IMG/VR virus record: IMGVR_UViG_3300035109_000005
Span: 1 to 60,841 of that record
Source of the DNA: a virus
Lineage: Duplodnaviria; Caudoviricetes
Strand: one strand, 5' to 3'
DNA length: 60,841 bases
The notes below the pieces were generated by a model. That model saw only the letters and a list, made by a program, of their open reading frames with translations. It was not told where the DNA came from and made no database searches. The translations under genes were made by a program, and so were the position numbers. This document shows positions 38,322-47,679 of this stretch, piece by piece (position 1 is the first letter of the stretch; every line of letters begins with the position of its first letter).

Positions 38322-39524
38322 TCAGGCGGCTCGTCTGTTGATGCTGTCGATGAGGATGTCGTTGAAGTCGGTATCCTTCGGGGCCATGTGCACAATCGTC
38401 TCGAAGCCGAGCCGCTGGAACCGCGCCTGCCCGGTCTTCAATTTTGCGACCGTCTCGCGCTTGTATTCGCCGTCGGGATCAAGATCGCCGTCTCCGAGGA
38501 GGATCAGCTGCTTCACACCTGCGGGGATCCACATCGCGCCGCTTTCCATGTCCGGATCCCCGTTGGGGATGGTCGCGTTCGGGCGCCCGCGTGGGGGGTG
38601 AGGGTGCGGAATTGAGCCGGTCGATAACCCGCAGAGATTTCCGAGCGAATAAGCCGCCGCGACGCCAGCGTGTGCGAGCTCGTCCCCGAAGCCGCCGATG
38701 CGGGCCATGGCGAGCCATGCCAAAGAGGTCTCTATGCCTTCCCCTACGGCGAGGAGGTCAGATGGCGGCTGCAGCATGATCAGGCCGCCGCCCATCTTGG
38801 ACATTCCCTTTTTTGCCTTGTTGCGCTTGCGGTCTCCAGGGGGCTGCAGCTTCTTCGCGCCGTGAGGGTCCAGATACGTCCTGTGGAGTCCCTGGATGCG
38901 CCCCTGCGCGTCGCGCATGGCCGCCACCATGCAGTGGAAGCGGCCGAGTTCTACGGCCTCCTGCGCGTCCGCATCGGCATAGCCGACATACGAGAGGTCG
39001 CGGATGAAGCGGAGATCAGAGGGGTCGAACGTGTGCAAGAGGATGCCGCGGCTCTCGAGATAGTCCTCGGCTTGCGTTCCTGCGATCGGGACGCCTTGCT
39101 CAAAGAGGCGCGCCGCCTTAGCGCGCGCGTTGTCTTCGGCTTTCGCCTCCTCGCGCTGGCGTTCGATCTCGGCGTCGCGCTTTTCTTCGCGGCGCTCGCG
39201 CTCGATTTCCGGGTCGCGCTCCCGAACTCTGGTTTCGCCGCGTGGGGGAGGCGTTTCGTTTATGTACTCGCAGGCCGAGACGAAGTCGCACTCGCGCACA
39301 TGCTGGACCATGGAGATCCCGTCTCCAGCAGCCCCAGACTTGCGGCAAAGAAAGACGCCCTTCTTCGGATTGATCGAGAAGCCGTCGGTCGTACAGCAGC
39401 CCAATATGCATGGGCCGGAATACTCTCCCCGCGCCGGCATGCGTATGCCGAGCGCCTCAGCCACGTTCTCGATCGGAACGCGACGCGCTTCTTCGATCCA
39501 TGCCTCAAAATCGGCGTCGCTCAT
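38322..39524 (-). CDS. DNA primase (zinc finger plus TOPRIM)
   Basis: GPC...C..DGFSIN..K.VFLCR, YLESRGI, GLHRTYL, VGEGIETSL, LLGDGD, DFND. Confidence 0.85.
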   Translation of the reverse strand: MSDADFEAWIEEARRVPIENVAEALGIRMPARGEYSGPCILGCCTTDGFSINPKKGVFLCRKSGAAGDGISMVQHVRECDFVSACEYINETPPPRGETRVRERDPEIERERREEKRDAEIERQREEAKAEDNARAKAARLFEQGVPIAGTQAEDYLESRGILLHTFDPSDLRFIRDLSYVGYADADAQEAVELGRFHCMVAAMRDAQGRIQGLHRTYLDPHGAKKLQPPGDRKRNKAKKGMSKMGGGLIMLQPPSDLLAVGEGIETSLAWLAMARIGGFGDELAHAGVAAAYSLGNLCGLSTGSIPHPHPPRGRPNATIPNGDPDMESGAMWIPAGVKQLILLGDGDLDPDGEYKRETVAKLKTGQARFQRLGFETIVHMAPKDTDFNDILIDSINRRAA

Positions 39525-41056
39525 GAGTTCGCCCTCTGCATCGTCAGCACCACCGTGTTGACGTTCGTCCCGCTCTCTCTGAATGAGCCCGGCGGAAGAT
39601 CGCGGAACGAGCCGCCATGCCGCTCCACACGCGCGCGCAACGCGACAGCCTTGCGTGTCTCACGGAACTCCGTGCCTGCCGACATAATTGCGAAGAGTTG
39701 TCCGCCGGGCTTCAGGAATTCGAGGGCGTGGGTCACATGGTCGATATCCCGCTCCATGTCGAAGGGCGGGTTCATCACCACCATGTCATAGGGCTCGAAG
39801 GAGCTGGGCTTCAGCGAAAGGAAGTCCGTGCATATGACTCGGTTGTAGATGCCTTCGGCTTCGAGGCGCGCGGCAAGGTCGGGCTGGACCTCTATGCAGT
39901 CGACCGCATTGTCGAACCGATAGGAGCGCGCATATTCCTCCCGGCGCCAAGGCTCAATGTCGGACAGCTTCGAGATGCACCGGCGGGCCAGGTTGCCCGT
40001 GCCGGCCGATGGCTCCAGCACGCGCAAGCGCGGCTGGTCGGCCGACCTCAGCACCCAGATATTCCGGAACAGCTCCTTTGCGGCGGCGTCCGGCGTGGGG
40101 AAGAAGCCGAAGCGCTTGGCCGGGGTGGTCTTGCGATTCGAGAAAACGTCTTCTTCGGTCTGCCCGCCGTCCGCGATGACCTCGCCGTAGAATTCAGCAA
40201 GCAGCTTATTGACCTTGCGAACGAGGTCGTCGCGTTTGAACCAAAGGTGCGCATTGCCATTCTTGAAGCCGCGTACCCGAAAGTAGTCGTTCTCGTTCAA
40301 AGTCTGGCGCGCATGTCCCATCCCGCGCTCGGCTTCGAGCATGTTCAGCGTGCTTTGAAAGGTCGCCTCGTGGTGCCCGTCGAGGATAGCGAAGACGCGC
40401 TCGACGTCGATCAGCGTGTCACGGACGCTCCCCCATTCCAGGCGGCCGTATTCGTTGAACATGCGAGTGACGATAATGCGCGAGCCCACCTTGAAGCCGT
40501 CGTGGCTCTTGAAGCGCCGATCGAGGGACGCAAAGGCGTTCGCAATCCCCCGGCGGAAGATCGTGTCCGCGTCCATGCGGAAGGCTTCGAGCGTCGCATA
40601 GATGTTCTCCACCGTGATTGGCGGCATCCCCTTCGCCGCCTCGTCATCGGTGATGAGCTGGCCCGACCGGTCAACGCGGTCCGGCACATAGCGCAGCTGG
40701 TTCCGGAGCTGCTCCTTCGCCTGGACGTCCATCAGGCGTTCGAGATCCGTCATCTTCACGATGTAGCCCCAGCACTGTAGATCGGTCAGCTGGCGCGCCA
40801 CGCGCAGAAACTCGTCGCGCTTCGGCAGCCTCACGGCGGCGTAAAAGCGGCTGATCTCGTCGATCCTGTCATAGGTGTAGTTGTTCCTCTCGATCGGCGC
40901 TGCGCGCCGCGCCATTTCATGGGCAGCCTGGATCGCTTCATCTGCTGCGGCGATCGCGGCATAGGCGCGCTCATAAAGCGTCAGGGCTTCGTCCCGGCTT
41001 TCGACGATCTGCTCGACCGTCGCTCGCGGCATCGGTAGATTGGCGCGCGCGTTCAT
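39521..41056 (-). CDS. DUF4942-like domain fused to an amino (N6A/N4C) DNA methyltransferase
   Basis: FKNGNAHLWF, FFPTP, VLEPSAGTG, VMNPPF, FRESGTNVNT. Confidence 0.85.
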   Translation of the reverse strand: MNARANLPMPRATVEQIVESRDEALTLYERAYAAIAAADEAIQAAHEMARRAAPIERNNYTYDRIDEISRFYAAVRLPKRDEFLRVARQLTDLQCWGYIVKMTDLERLMDVQAKEQLRNQLRYVPDRVDRSGQLITDDEAAKGMPPITVENIYATLEAFRMDADTIFRRGIANAFASLDRRFKSHDGFKVGSRIIVTRMFNEYGRLEWGSVRDTLIDVERVFAILDGHHEATFQSTLNMLEAERGMGHARQTLNENDYFRVRGFKNGNAHLWFKRDDLVRKVNKLLAEFYGEVIADGGQTEEDVFSNRKTTPAKRFGFFPTPDAAAKELFRNIWVLRSADQPRLRVLEPSAGTGNLARRCISKLSDIEPWRREEYARSYRFDNAVDCIEVQPDLAARLEAEGIYNRVICTDFLSLKPSSFEPYDMVVMNPPFDMERDIDHVTHALEFLKPGGQLFAIMSAGTEFRETRKAVALRARVERHGGSFRDLPPGSFRESGTNVNTVVLTMQRANS

Positions 41057-41400
41057 TTGCGGCTCCGTAATTCGTTCGCGACGATGCGTTTGAAGGTCAA
41101 ATCGTCTTTGAGAAGGCCGCCAACCGCCAAGGAAAGCGCACGCTCTGGAGGCAACCCCATTTCCACAGGAAGGCGAATGCTCGCTTCGATCTCGTCGTCA
41201 TTGAGGACGAGGGGGCCGACGCATCCTTGGCCGCCCTGCTTATGGACGAGACTGATCCCGTAGCGGTGGAGAAGCGCATAGGCGTTTTGGAGCGATATCC
41301 GGAGGACGCTGGCGATCTCATCGCCAGACTTCCCCTGCCCTGCCAAATAGGCGGCGGAGATGATTTCTGCGGTGGAAAATCTGCGCCAGCCCCGACTCAT
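41053..41400 (-). CDS. HTH-like hypothetical protein
   Basis: GKSGDEIASVLRISLQNAYALL; ATGA overlaps. Confidence 0.6.
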   Translation of the reverse strand: MSRGWRRFSTAEIISAAYLAGQGKSGDEIASVLRISLQNAYALLHRYGISLVHKQGGQGCVGPLVLNDDEIEASIRLPVEMGLPPERALSLAVGGLLKDDLTFKRIVANELRSRK

Positions 41401-41738
41401 TTAAGGACCCCGTTTTTCTTTTTCTCGGCGTGGTAGCGAAGGATTGGGTCAATCCGCGAATAGTTGATAGCGACCGCGTCCATAAGATTAGCCGCCGCAT
41501 CAAGGGCGTGCATGCGATGTTCGTACGCCGGATGGAACCAGCGATGGTACTGGCGATCAGCCTCATAGGCGGCGAAGCGCACGGCGTCTGTCGCCGCCTC
41601 AAGTGAAACAGGCTTCCGAGGCGTTCCGCCGATCGTGACGTTACCCTTGCGCATCCAGATAACGACGTCGCTCAAAAACGCTTTCTCGACCTCGGTGAGG
41701 TTCCAATCCTTCGCGATGGCGGAGAAGCGCGTCGTCAT
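41397..41738 (-). CDS. Hypothetical protein (113 aa)
   Basis: Overlapping start/stop tiling. Confidence 0.6.
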   Translation of the reverse strand: MTTRFSAIAKDWNLTEVEKAFLSDVVIWMRKGNVTIGGTPRKPVSLEAATDAVRFAAYEADRQYHRWFHPAYEHRMHALDAAANLMDAVAINYSRIDPILRYHAEKKKNGVLK

Positions 41739-42319
41739 TCGGCCGCCGCCATCGTTGCAAGGTCATCGAACTTGCCGACTTCGTTGCCGAAGGCATCCCA
41801 TCCTGGACGAGACTGGCGGGAGAAAAGTTCAAGCCGGCGTAAGCCGGTCGTGTGGCGCTCGACCAACGCAAAGAACTCTTCCGGCTTGCGCGAATGCTCG
41901 CGCGCCACGCCGTCGAAAAGAGAAGGGAAACCGCTCACCTTTGTTGGTTTCCCCATGACGCCCAACAAGATCGGCTCGTGCATGGTGCGGGCCCAATAAC
42001 CAGTCCCCATGCGCACCTTGCCCGCCGGCGTCACCTTGCGCCACGAAAGCAGGCTCTTGTAGGCAAAGCCCCACGCCCGCATCACGTCCAAAGCATGCGG
42101 GAGCATCGCGCCTGTAGCCCAAAGGAGAAGGACACAATCCTTCTGGGCAAGTTCTCCAACCGGGAGCGCCTTGATATCTTCTGTGCGCATCAAGTCGTAA
42201 TGCCGAGAGGCGCTTTTGGTCTGGTTATGCTCGCCCCATGTTCGAAAGCGCCAAGGCGGGTCCGCACATATGACGTCGTAAGAGAGAGGACGGAGGTCGC
42301 CGAAGGGCCAGTTGCTCAT
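41735..42319 (-). CDS. MT-A70 family adenine methyltransferase
   Basis: ADPPW, LLLWAT, WGF.YK, MGTGYW.R, REHSRKP, LELFSR, FGNE. Confidence 0.9.
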   Translation of the reverse strand: MSNWPFGDLRPLSYDVICADPPWRFRTWGEHNQTKSASRHYDLMRTEDIKALPVGELAQKDCVLLLWATGAMLPHALDVMRAWGFAYKSLLSWRKVTPAGKVRMGTGYWARTMHEPILLGVMGKPTKVSGFPSLFDGVAREHSRKPEEFFALVERHTTGLRRLELFSRQSRPGWDAFGNEVGKFDDLATMAAAE

Positions 42320-42552
42320 GCAACGCGACTCGCTGCAAAAGTTGTGGCCGCTGCTTCGACCTTCTCGCGCAAATCTGCATTTGCAGCGATCAGATTGAGC
42401 GTCACGCGAGCCGCTGCGAGAGACCGCGTGAATTCGCCCATCGTCATGCCGCCGAGATCGTCCTGGGCAATCTGTTTTGTCTCGACGATCCACACAGCCA
42501 TTGCCTGATGGTCGAGAGATGGTCGAGAACGGTATTTCTCTGAGACAGGCAT
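42316..42552 (-). CDS. Hypothetical protein
   Basis: GGAGGG RBS; overlaps both neighbours. Confidence 0.55.
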   Translation of the reverse strand: MPVSEKYRSRPSLDHQAMAVWIVETKQIAQDDLGGMTMGEFTRSLAAARVTLNLIAANADLREKVEAAATTFAASRVA

Positions 42553-43106
42553 CAGTTCCCTCCAAAGAGAACGAGACCCGCTGGCTTCGCGCGGCAAATT
42601 ACGTCGCTGGCGTAAATGTGCAGCGCGACCGCATCGGCCGCGTCTGTATCCCTGGAATCCTTCGGCAGATAGCCGAGCATCTGGCAGCGCGCGAGAACGG
42701 CCTGCTTCGGGTTTTCAGGGCGCGCCTTGCCTACGACGTGCTTGCGAACGCTCTGGACGTTCGCTGACTCACAACGGATGCCATACGGCCCGCAGATCGT
42801 CTCGACCCCGCCAACGAGGCGGTGCAGGAGCGAGATGGTTTCTGGGGTGGAACGGAACGTGGGGCGCTCGCCACTGTCCTTTTTCCAATCGATCATGCCG
42901 CCGATGTTCACCGGGGCCTCGATCACAACGAGGTCAGGAAGCTCGAAGGCGAACTGATCCCGCAGCCAAATCCCGAGCTTCTTGCATGCTCGCTGCGACG
43001 GGTCGTCCGGGCGCTTCAGCCTCTCCGACCCGGCACGCGGCTTTTCGCCCGCGCGCCCGATCGCGTATCCGAGTTTCGTCGCAACATCGAGGGCCATGAT
43101 CAACAT
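42552..43106 (-). CDS. RuvC-like Holliday junction resolvase
   Basis: IMALDVATKLGYA, VVIEAP, VRKH..G, DAADA. Confidence 0.8.
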   Translation of the reverse strand: MLIMALDVATKLGYAIGRAGEKPRAGSERLKRPDDPSQRACKKLGIWLRDQFAFELPDLVVIEAPVNIGGMIDWKKDSGERPTFRSTPETISLLHRLVGGVETICGPYGIRCESANVQSVRKHVVGKARPENPKQAVLARCQMLGYLPKDSRDTDAADAVALHIYASDVICRAKPAGLVLFGGN

Positions 43107-43312
43107 CAGGCGTCACAGCCCTTCTTGACGATGATCAGCTCAGCCGGCGCAAACTTGTATTCACAGAGGTCGCCAGCCTCGTTGAACCAGCGGGAGAGGA
43201 TGTATTCGCCGTCATCGCCCTGCCCTGCGTCCGCAACAGTCATGCGGTCAGAGGAGCAGGTGAGGCGAACCACGTCGCCGACATCGAAGTCTGAGAGTGC
43301 GTGCCTGGCCAT
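43106..43312 (-). CDS. YodC/DUF2158-like protein
   Basis: F.VGDVVRL.....MTV...WF.....F...EL. Confidence 0.7.
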   Translation of the reverse strand: MARHALSDFDVGDVVRLTCSSDRMTVADAGQGDDGEYILSRWFNEAGDLCEYKFAPAELIIVKKGCDA

Positions 43313-43315
43313 CGG

Positions 43316-43837
43316 CTACGCCTCGCTCGCTTCGGCGCCAGGGAGCCCGCGCAGCGGCTTGATGCCCTTTTCGAGCTTGACGACGTTCTCCTTCGCCGCC
43401 TCCGCATTGCGATCCTTCTCGCGGCGGCGGAGATGAGCCGGGCGGATGTCTTCCTCGCCATCATCGGCATTCGACTTCGCGGCGTTCATCGCCGCCTCGC
43501 CAAGCGGCGTGTCCTTGAACTCGCCAAGCGCTTCGCAGAGCTGCTCGAACCGCGCGCGATCGTCGATATCATCCGGCACAGCCGCTTCACGGCGCGCCTT
43601 CGCCTCCGCGATGCGCTTGTCTTCGATCCACTGCGTGATGCGGGCCTTGAGGAGTTTCGCGGGGATGCCGGATGATTCCGCGCGCTCGTAAACCTGCTTG
43701 CGGCGCTCCTTGATCGCCGAGCATTTTCCGCGGAACGAAGCGCGCTCGGTTTCCTCGTCTTCGTAGGTGCGGCGCACTTCCTGGAGGAAGCGCTTTGCCG
43801 TTGCTGGGTCGATAGAGTTGTGGCCCGCTTTCGCCAT
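43316..43837 (-). CDS. GapR/DUF2312-like DNA-binding protein
   Basis: GHNS start, K.VY..AE..GI..K.LK..I, TPLGEAA. Confidence 0.6.
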   Translation of the reverse strand: MAKAGHNSIDPATAKRFLQEVRRTYEDEETERASFRGKCSAIKERRKQVYERAESSGIPAKLLKARITQWIEDKRIAEAKARREAAVPDDIDDRARFEQLCEALGEFKDTPLGEAAMNAAKSNADDGEEDIRPAHLRRREKDRNAEAAKENVVKLEKGIKPLRGLPGAEASEA

Positions 43838-43948
43838 CCAATGACGCCTTTGCAAAAGACCCCGGTGCCAGAAGCGCCAGGGAGTCCCGGGGAGGAAAGC
43901 CACACTCAGGCAGTGGCCGCCATCTCTTCGACGCGGGAACGCGGAAAC

Positions 43949-44068
43949 TCAGTGCGCAGCGAGCCACGCAACGAAAAACACGAGCGCGAAAAGCGCGCTG
44001 ACGAGAGCGGTGACGATGGCGACAGAGGCGAAGGTTCCGAAGCTGCGGACATCATCTTCGTCGAGCAT
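43949..44068 (-). CDS. 39-aa membrane peptide
   Basis: GAGGA RBS; FASVAIVTALVSALFALVFFVAWL. Confidence 0.5.
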   Translation of the reverse strand: MLDEDDVRSFGTFASVAIVTALVSALFALVFFVAWLAAH

Positions 44069-44072
44069 CGGA

Positions 44073-44180
44073 TTAGTCCTCGCAGAACATCGATGCGATC
44101 CAGGCACAAACCGCCGCGACAATGATGATCACGAGGTAAAAGGGGAGATCGGCGGCGAGGTTGGCGAAGAACTCGTCCAT
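44073..44180 (-). CDS. 35-aa membrane peptide
   Basis: GGAGG RBS; FYLVIIIVAAVCAWIASMF. Confidence 0.5.
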   Translation of the reverse strand: MDEFFANLAADLPFYLVIIIVAAVCAWIASMFCED

Positions 44181-44222
44181 CAGAGCGCCTCCGCATTGTC
44201 GCGGGGATCTGCTCGCCCCCTG

Positions 44223-44642
44223 TCAATCCACGGGGCAACCCACCTCGCCGCGCGCAGCAGCGCCGATGCGACGTCCATCGCAGTAAGCGCGATATACGTC
44301 CGGTGCCGATACGCGAACGGCCTCTCGGAGGAATTCGATTTCGTCCAACAGCGCCGCATGCCTGTCAGCGCCGACAGTCCCCAATTCCGCATCGGAAAGG
44401 CTCTTCCTAGCTCGAGCTGCTCGGACTCGTTCGACTACAGACGCTTTGGGGTCGGCGCATTCGCCATAGAACAGGCGCTTCGCCATGCGAGGCGTTATCC
44501 CAGCTAGCCGCGCGGCCCTTTCGAGCCAAAGCGCTCGCGAATCGAACACGCCGCGGTCGCCCGCCAGTTCGATGATCGCTTCACGCATTTCGACGACTAT
44601 CTGTGACATTTCCCAATTTCGGGACGAACTTTCCCGCTCCAT
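44223..44642 (-). CDS. CII-like HTH regulator
   Basis: LERAARLAGITPRMAKRLFYGE; position downstream of cro. Confidence 0.55.
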   Translation of the reverse strand: MERESSSRNWEMSQIVVEMREAIIELAGDRGVFDSRALWLERAARLAGITPRMAKRLFYGECADPKASVVERVRAARARKSLSDAELGTVGADRHAALLDEIEFLREAVRVSAPDVYRAYCDGRRIGAAARGEVGCPVD

Positions 44643-44853
44643 GGAAAACCCTCATGCCAACTTGTGGACATGGGGGAAACGAGCACGACCCCAATACTCG
44701 ACCAGTTACTCAGGCAAAGGCGGCTGCAACCGCCGACGCCAAACTCGAAAACTCTGGGACCAACGAGACCTCATGCCATCACATCAAGCACGGGCCCCAC
44801 CAACCATAGCGACGTCTGGTCGCCATGTATGAATCCGTCAAACCAGCACCCCC

Positions 44854-45402
44854 TCAGGACGATCTCGCAAACTCACCATGCAACAGCTCGGCAGCCTTTT
44901 GGTAAGCCAAGTGAGCGTCCTTCGGCGCATCGAAGAGACCAAGATGGTAACGTTTTTTGTCTTTCCTTATCTGAGCTCGCCACTTGCGTTTGCGGGTATC
45001 CCAGTAGATCCCCTTAAAGCCACTCGCGCTATCGCGCGCGCGCTTATTGGCTTGGTTCTGCGATGGAGTCGCCTTGCGCAGATTGGAGATACGGTTGCAG
45101 GATTTATCGAGATCAATATGGTCAAGATCAGATGAAGGCCATTCCCCATGGGTCAGAAGCCAGGCGAGCCGATGAGCGAGATACCTGCGTCCAAATATAC
45201 TGATCACCACGTAGCCCTTAACCGACGTCCCGGCGGAATTCCCGGCGTGCCTCGAATTCCACGCTAAGCAATTGGCCTCTGCGGACTTCGTGGCATCGGC
45301 GGCGAACATATCGACTGTCCGCACCTTCCAACGAAATACTCCCGTCTTCGGGTCGTAATCGAGAAGCTGGCGCGCGACGTCAGCAGTGAGCTCGAAACCC
45401 AT
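44854..45402 (-). CDS. HNH endonuclease with AP2 domain (copy 1)
   Basis: LLDYDP.TGVFRWK, AHRLAW, DHIDLDKSCNRISNLR, GFKGIYW..KWRAQI, HGEFAR. Confidence 0.9.
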   Translation of the reverse strand: MGFELTADVARQLLDYDPKTGVFRWKVRTVDMFAADATKSAEANCLAWNSRHAGNSAGTSVKGYVVISIFGRRYLAHRLAWLLTHGEWPSSDLDHIDLDKSCNRISNLRKATPSQNQANKRARDSASGFKGIYWDTRKRKWRAQIRKDKKRYHLGLFDAPKDAHLAYQKAAELLHGEFARSS

Positions 45403-45602
45403 CACCCACCCCCATGAAGCCGCACAAACGACTGCAACAGCCACTTCTCCTCACTGGCAGGGAACGACACCTGGCGCTCTTCGCCCCGCTCATCGCGAAA
45501 CGTCACCACCACGGCGTCGCCCTCGCGATGGACCGAGACCACTTGCGTAAAGTGCAGCCGGCGCTCCTTCGCGGGCGCGGCTGTTTCGGCGGAAGACGTC
45601 AT
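45402..45602 (-). CDS. Hypothetical protein (66 aa)
   Basis: GGAGG RBS, ATGA overlap with cro. Confidence 0.6.
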   Translation of the reverse strand: MTSSAETAAPAKERRLHFTQVVSVHREGDAVVVTFRDERGEERQVSFPASEEKWLLQSFVRLHGGG

Positions 45603-45847
45603 GCGACCTCCGACGTGAAAGGGCGTACGACGCCGGCAGGCCATACTGCTGTCTCAGGCCAGTTTTCGGAGAACCAGCGGAGCGCGTTGTCGTAGGTTTT
45701 AACAGTGAAGGTCGACCCGCCAGACACGCGGTCCATGAACCTGGCATCCCCAACAGCACGCGCCCAAGTCGTCGAAGCCTTGAGCTTCGACGCGGCGGCG
45801 AAGGCGTCATAGACGGATCGAAGGTTGGCTTTCAGTTCGTCTTCCAT
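45599..45847 (-). CDS. cro: Cro-like repressor
   Basis: Divergent from cI; STTWARAVGD..F, WFSENWP...WP. Confidence 0.7.
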   Translation of the reverse strand: MEDELKANLRSVYDAFAAASKLKASTTWARAVGDARFMDRVSGGSTFTVKTYDNALRWFSENWPETAVWPAGVVRPFTSEVA

Positions 45848-45854
45848 GCGGCCA

Positions 45855-45883
45855 AGATAGTTGGACGCATCCAACCTCGTCAA
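45855..45883 (-). promoter_or_regulatory. Lytic promoter (PR-like) with operator TTGGACGCATCCAA in the spacer
   Basis: Minus strand TTGACG-17 nt-CTATCT; palindrome at 45861-45874; degenerate copies at 45884-45897 and 45919-45932. Confidence 0.8.
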
Positions 45884-45933
45884 GAGGATATTTCCAAATC
45901 GCCTACGGCTGCAATTTGTTGGATGTTTCCGGC

Positions 45934-46698
45934 ATGAGCGAACTGCGGAAAATCGTTAAAAACAGGCTTGATGAGCTTGGGAGGAACCCGTTCGACGCAG
46001 CGCGGATTGGGGGACTGAACAAGCACTTCATCGACGACCTGCTGATCGGGAAAAAGCACACGGTCAAGGAGACTAGTCTAGGGAAGCTCGCTGCCGCACT
46101 TGACTGGACAAGAGACGAGCTGATGCGAGCTGGCGAAGATTTCTCGTCGGAAATCTACTACGACGCAGACGTCGAAACCGCGAGATCAGCCGAGGATGCG
46201 GCAGCGCGTAGGAAGTTCTACGACAGGGAAGGCGTTCGGATAAACGCAAACGAACGGGCGATACTTGAGATCGACGTTGCTGCTGGCCTGGGCGGCGGAC
46301 AAATCCCGTATCAAACTTTTGGCGCAGGATCCGAGGTCGCCGACGCCTATAAGCGCGAGCAGTGGGTTCTTCCGGAGTCGTTTATATCGTCTAAGTTTAA
46401 ATCGTCTCCGAAACAAATTGTTGCTGCATCAACGCGAGGTGACAGCATGTCACCAACTATCTCCAACGGAGATATAGTTTTCATAGATACGGCGCACAGG
46501 AAGATATCTCCTTCTGGGATCTACGCCATCCGTAACGTTTATGGGGAAATAACCGTCAAACGTCTTGACGCATTCCGACGCGGGGATGACTTGTTCGTTA
46601 AGATTTCTTCCGACAACCAAAGCGAATCTCCCCACGAAGAGCGGCTAAGCGAGGTTCACGTGGTTGGGCGCGTCTGCGGGATACTGAAAACGGTTTGA
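45934..46698 (+). CDS. cI: CI-like repressor with S24 peptidase domain
   Basis: N-terminal HTH; AAGLG cleavage region, GDSMSPTI..GD, VKRL, VVGRV. Confidence 0.9.
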   Translation: MSELRKIVKNRLDELGRNPFDAARIGGLNKHFIDDLLIGKKHTVKETSLGKLAAALDWTRDELMRAGEDFSSEIYYDADVETARSAEDAAARRKFYDREGVRINANERAILEIDVAAGLGGGQIPYQTFGAGSEVADAYKREQWVLPESFISSKFKSSPKQIVAASTRGDSMSPTISNGDIVFIDTAHRKISPSGIYAIRNVYGEITVKRLDAFRRGDDLFVKISSDNQSESPHEERLSEVHVVGRVCGILKTV

Positions 46699-46730
46699 TG
46701 GAGCCGAGCGGCGCGATTGAGGCGCGCCCG

Positions 46731-47024
46731 CTACTTCAGGACGACCGCCTTGTTCACGACGATGGAGAGGGAAAGCCTCGAAGCCCCGTCGTCTGCCGCG
46801 TAGAGTTCGGCCTGAAGGTCGCCGCGGGCCGACACCGCAACGCCATCGCAGGCGCCATCGAGCTCGGCTTGAGCCGACTCGTCGAAGACGAACAACCGCC
46901 ACCATCGCGTTGATGAACCAACCCGTTCGCGCAGGACGGCGTTTGTATATGGGCGGCCGTTTTTGTCCATGGCGCGCTTTGGCGCGCCATGGATCACGCC
47001 GGAAACAAGTACAGTCGCCGTCAA
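46731..47024 (-). CDS. Small OB-fold/SSB-like protein
   Basis: VSG.I...P, WWRLFVF...A, G..V...G.L...Y; GGAGGG RBS before TTG; no acidic tail. Confidence 0.6.
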   Translation of the reverse strand: MTATVLVSGVIHGAPKRAMDKNGRPYTNAVLRERVGSSTRWWRLFVFDESAQAELDGACDGVAVSARGDLQAELYAADDGASRLSLSIVVNKAVVLK

Positions 47025-47519
47025 TATTCCCTCCGTTGTTGAGAAACTCTCTCAAATCTTCGTCAAGGCAGGTGGTGAAGGGAGGATCGAAGGTCATAGC
47101 CCACCATCCGGCGGCCGGTTAAGGCAGCGGGACAGTGGCTAGTGACCGTGCGCAAGGCAGTGCGGAGCCAGGGTTGGTGCGCTGGTCTCGGCGGTGCGCC
47201 AGCGTGCGCCCGCCGATTGCTGGAACTTTGAGACGGTGATTCGCCGCCGCCCCGTCAGGTCTGAGGGCTCCAGCTTTCGCCCGCCCCCTTGGGTGTGCCC
47301 TGACCTCCCACAGTCCCCGATGAACCCCGCCGCGCTGCCGTTGAACTCCGACCACGACGGGCGCCGGACGCTCGGAGAAGCCCTCCACCGCGCGCGGCGA
47401 CAACCGCGCGCGCTATGGTGGCTTGCTGCGAATGTCTCGAAATCGTATGAGAACAGGCATCGAACATCCTTGCTTCTGTTCGGTCATCTCCGGGGCGCTG
47501 GTAACGCCGCCGCAGAACG

Positions 47520-47557
47520 AAGGCCGCCGGCGCTCTGCGTCTGGCGGCCTTTTGTTT
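47520..47557 (+). terminator. Intrinsic terminator upstream of the rightward promoter
   Basis: AAGGCCGCC...GGCGGCCTT stem followed by TTGTTT. Confidence 0.7.
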
Positions 47558-47591
47558 ATGGCGCAGCTTTTTATCGCCGGCAAGAAAAACT

Positions 47592-47644
47592 TTGGATGCA
47601 TCCAACCTGAGCGCTTGACAAGTTGGACACATCCAACTTAGCCT
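47592..47644 (+). promoter_or_regulatory. Early promoter (PL-like) with two operators
   Basis: TTGGATGCATCCAA 47592-47605, TTGACA 47615-47620, TTGGACACATCCAA 47623-47636, TAGCCT near 47639. Confidence 0.8.
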
Positions 47645-47679
47645 CCTCCTGTCAGCAGCTCGACTGACCGGAGGTTTCA

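Noticed and set aside
21175-40780. Long plus-strand ORFs antisense to capsid, portal, primase and methyltransferase genes (e.g. 21175-22326, 38670-39791, 39617-40780)
   Set aside because: Shadow ORFs typical of high-GC coding DNA, with no motifs or RBS
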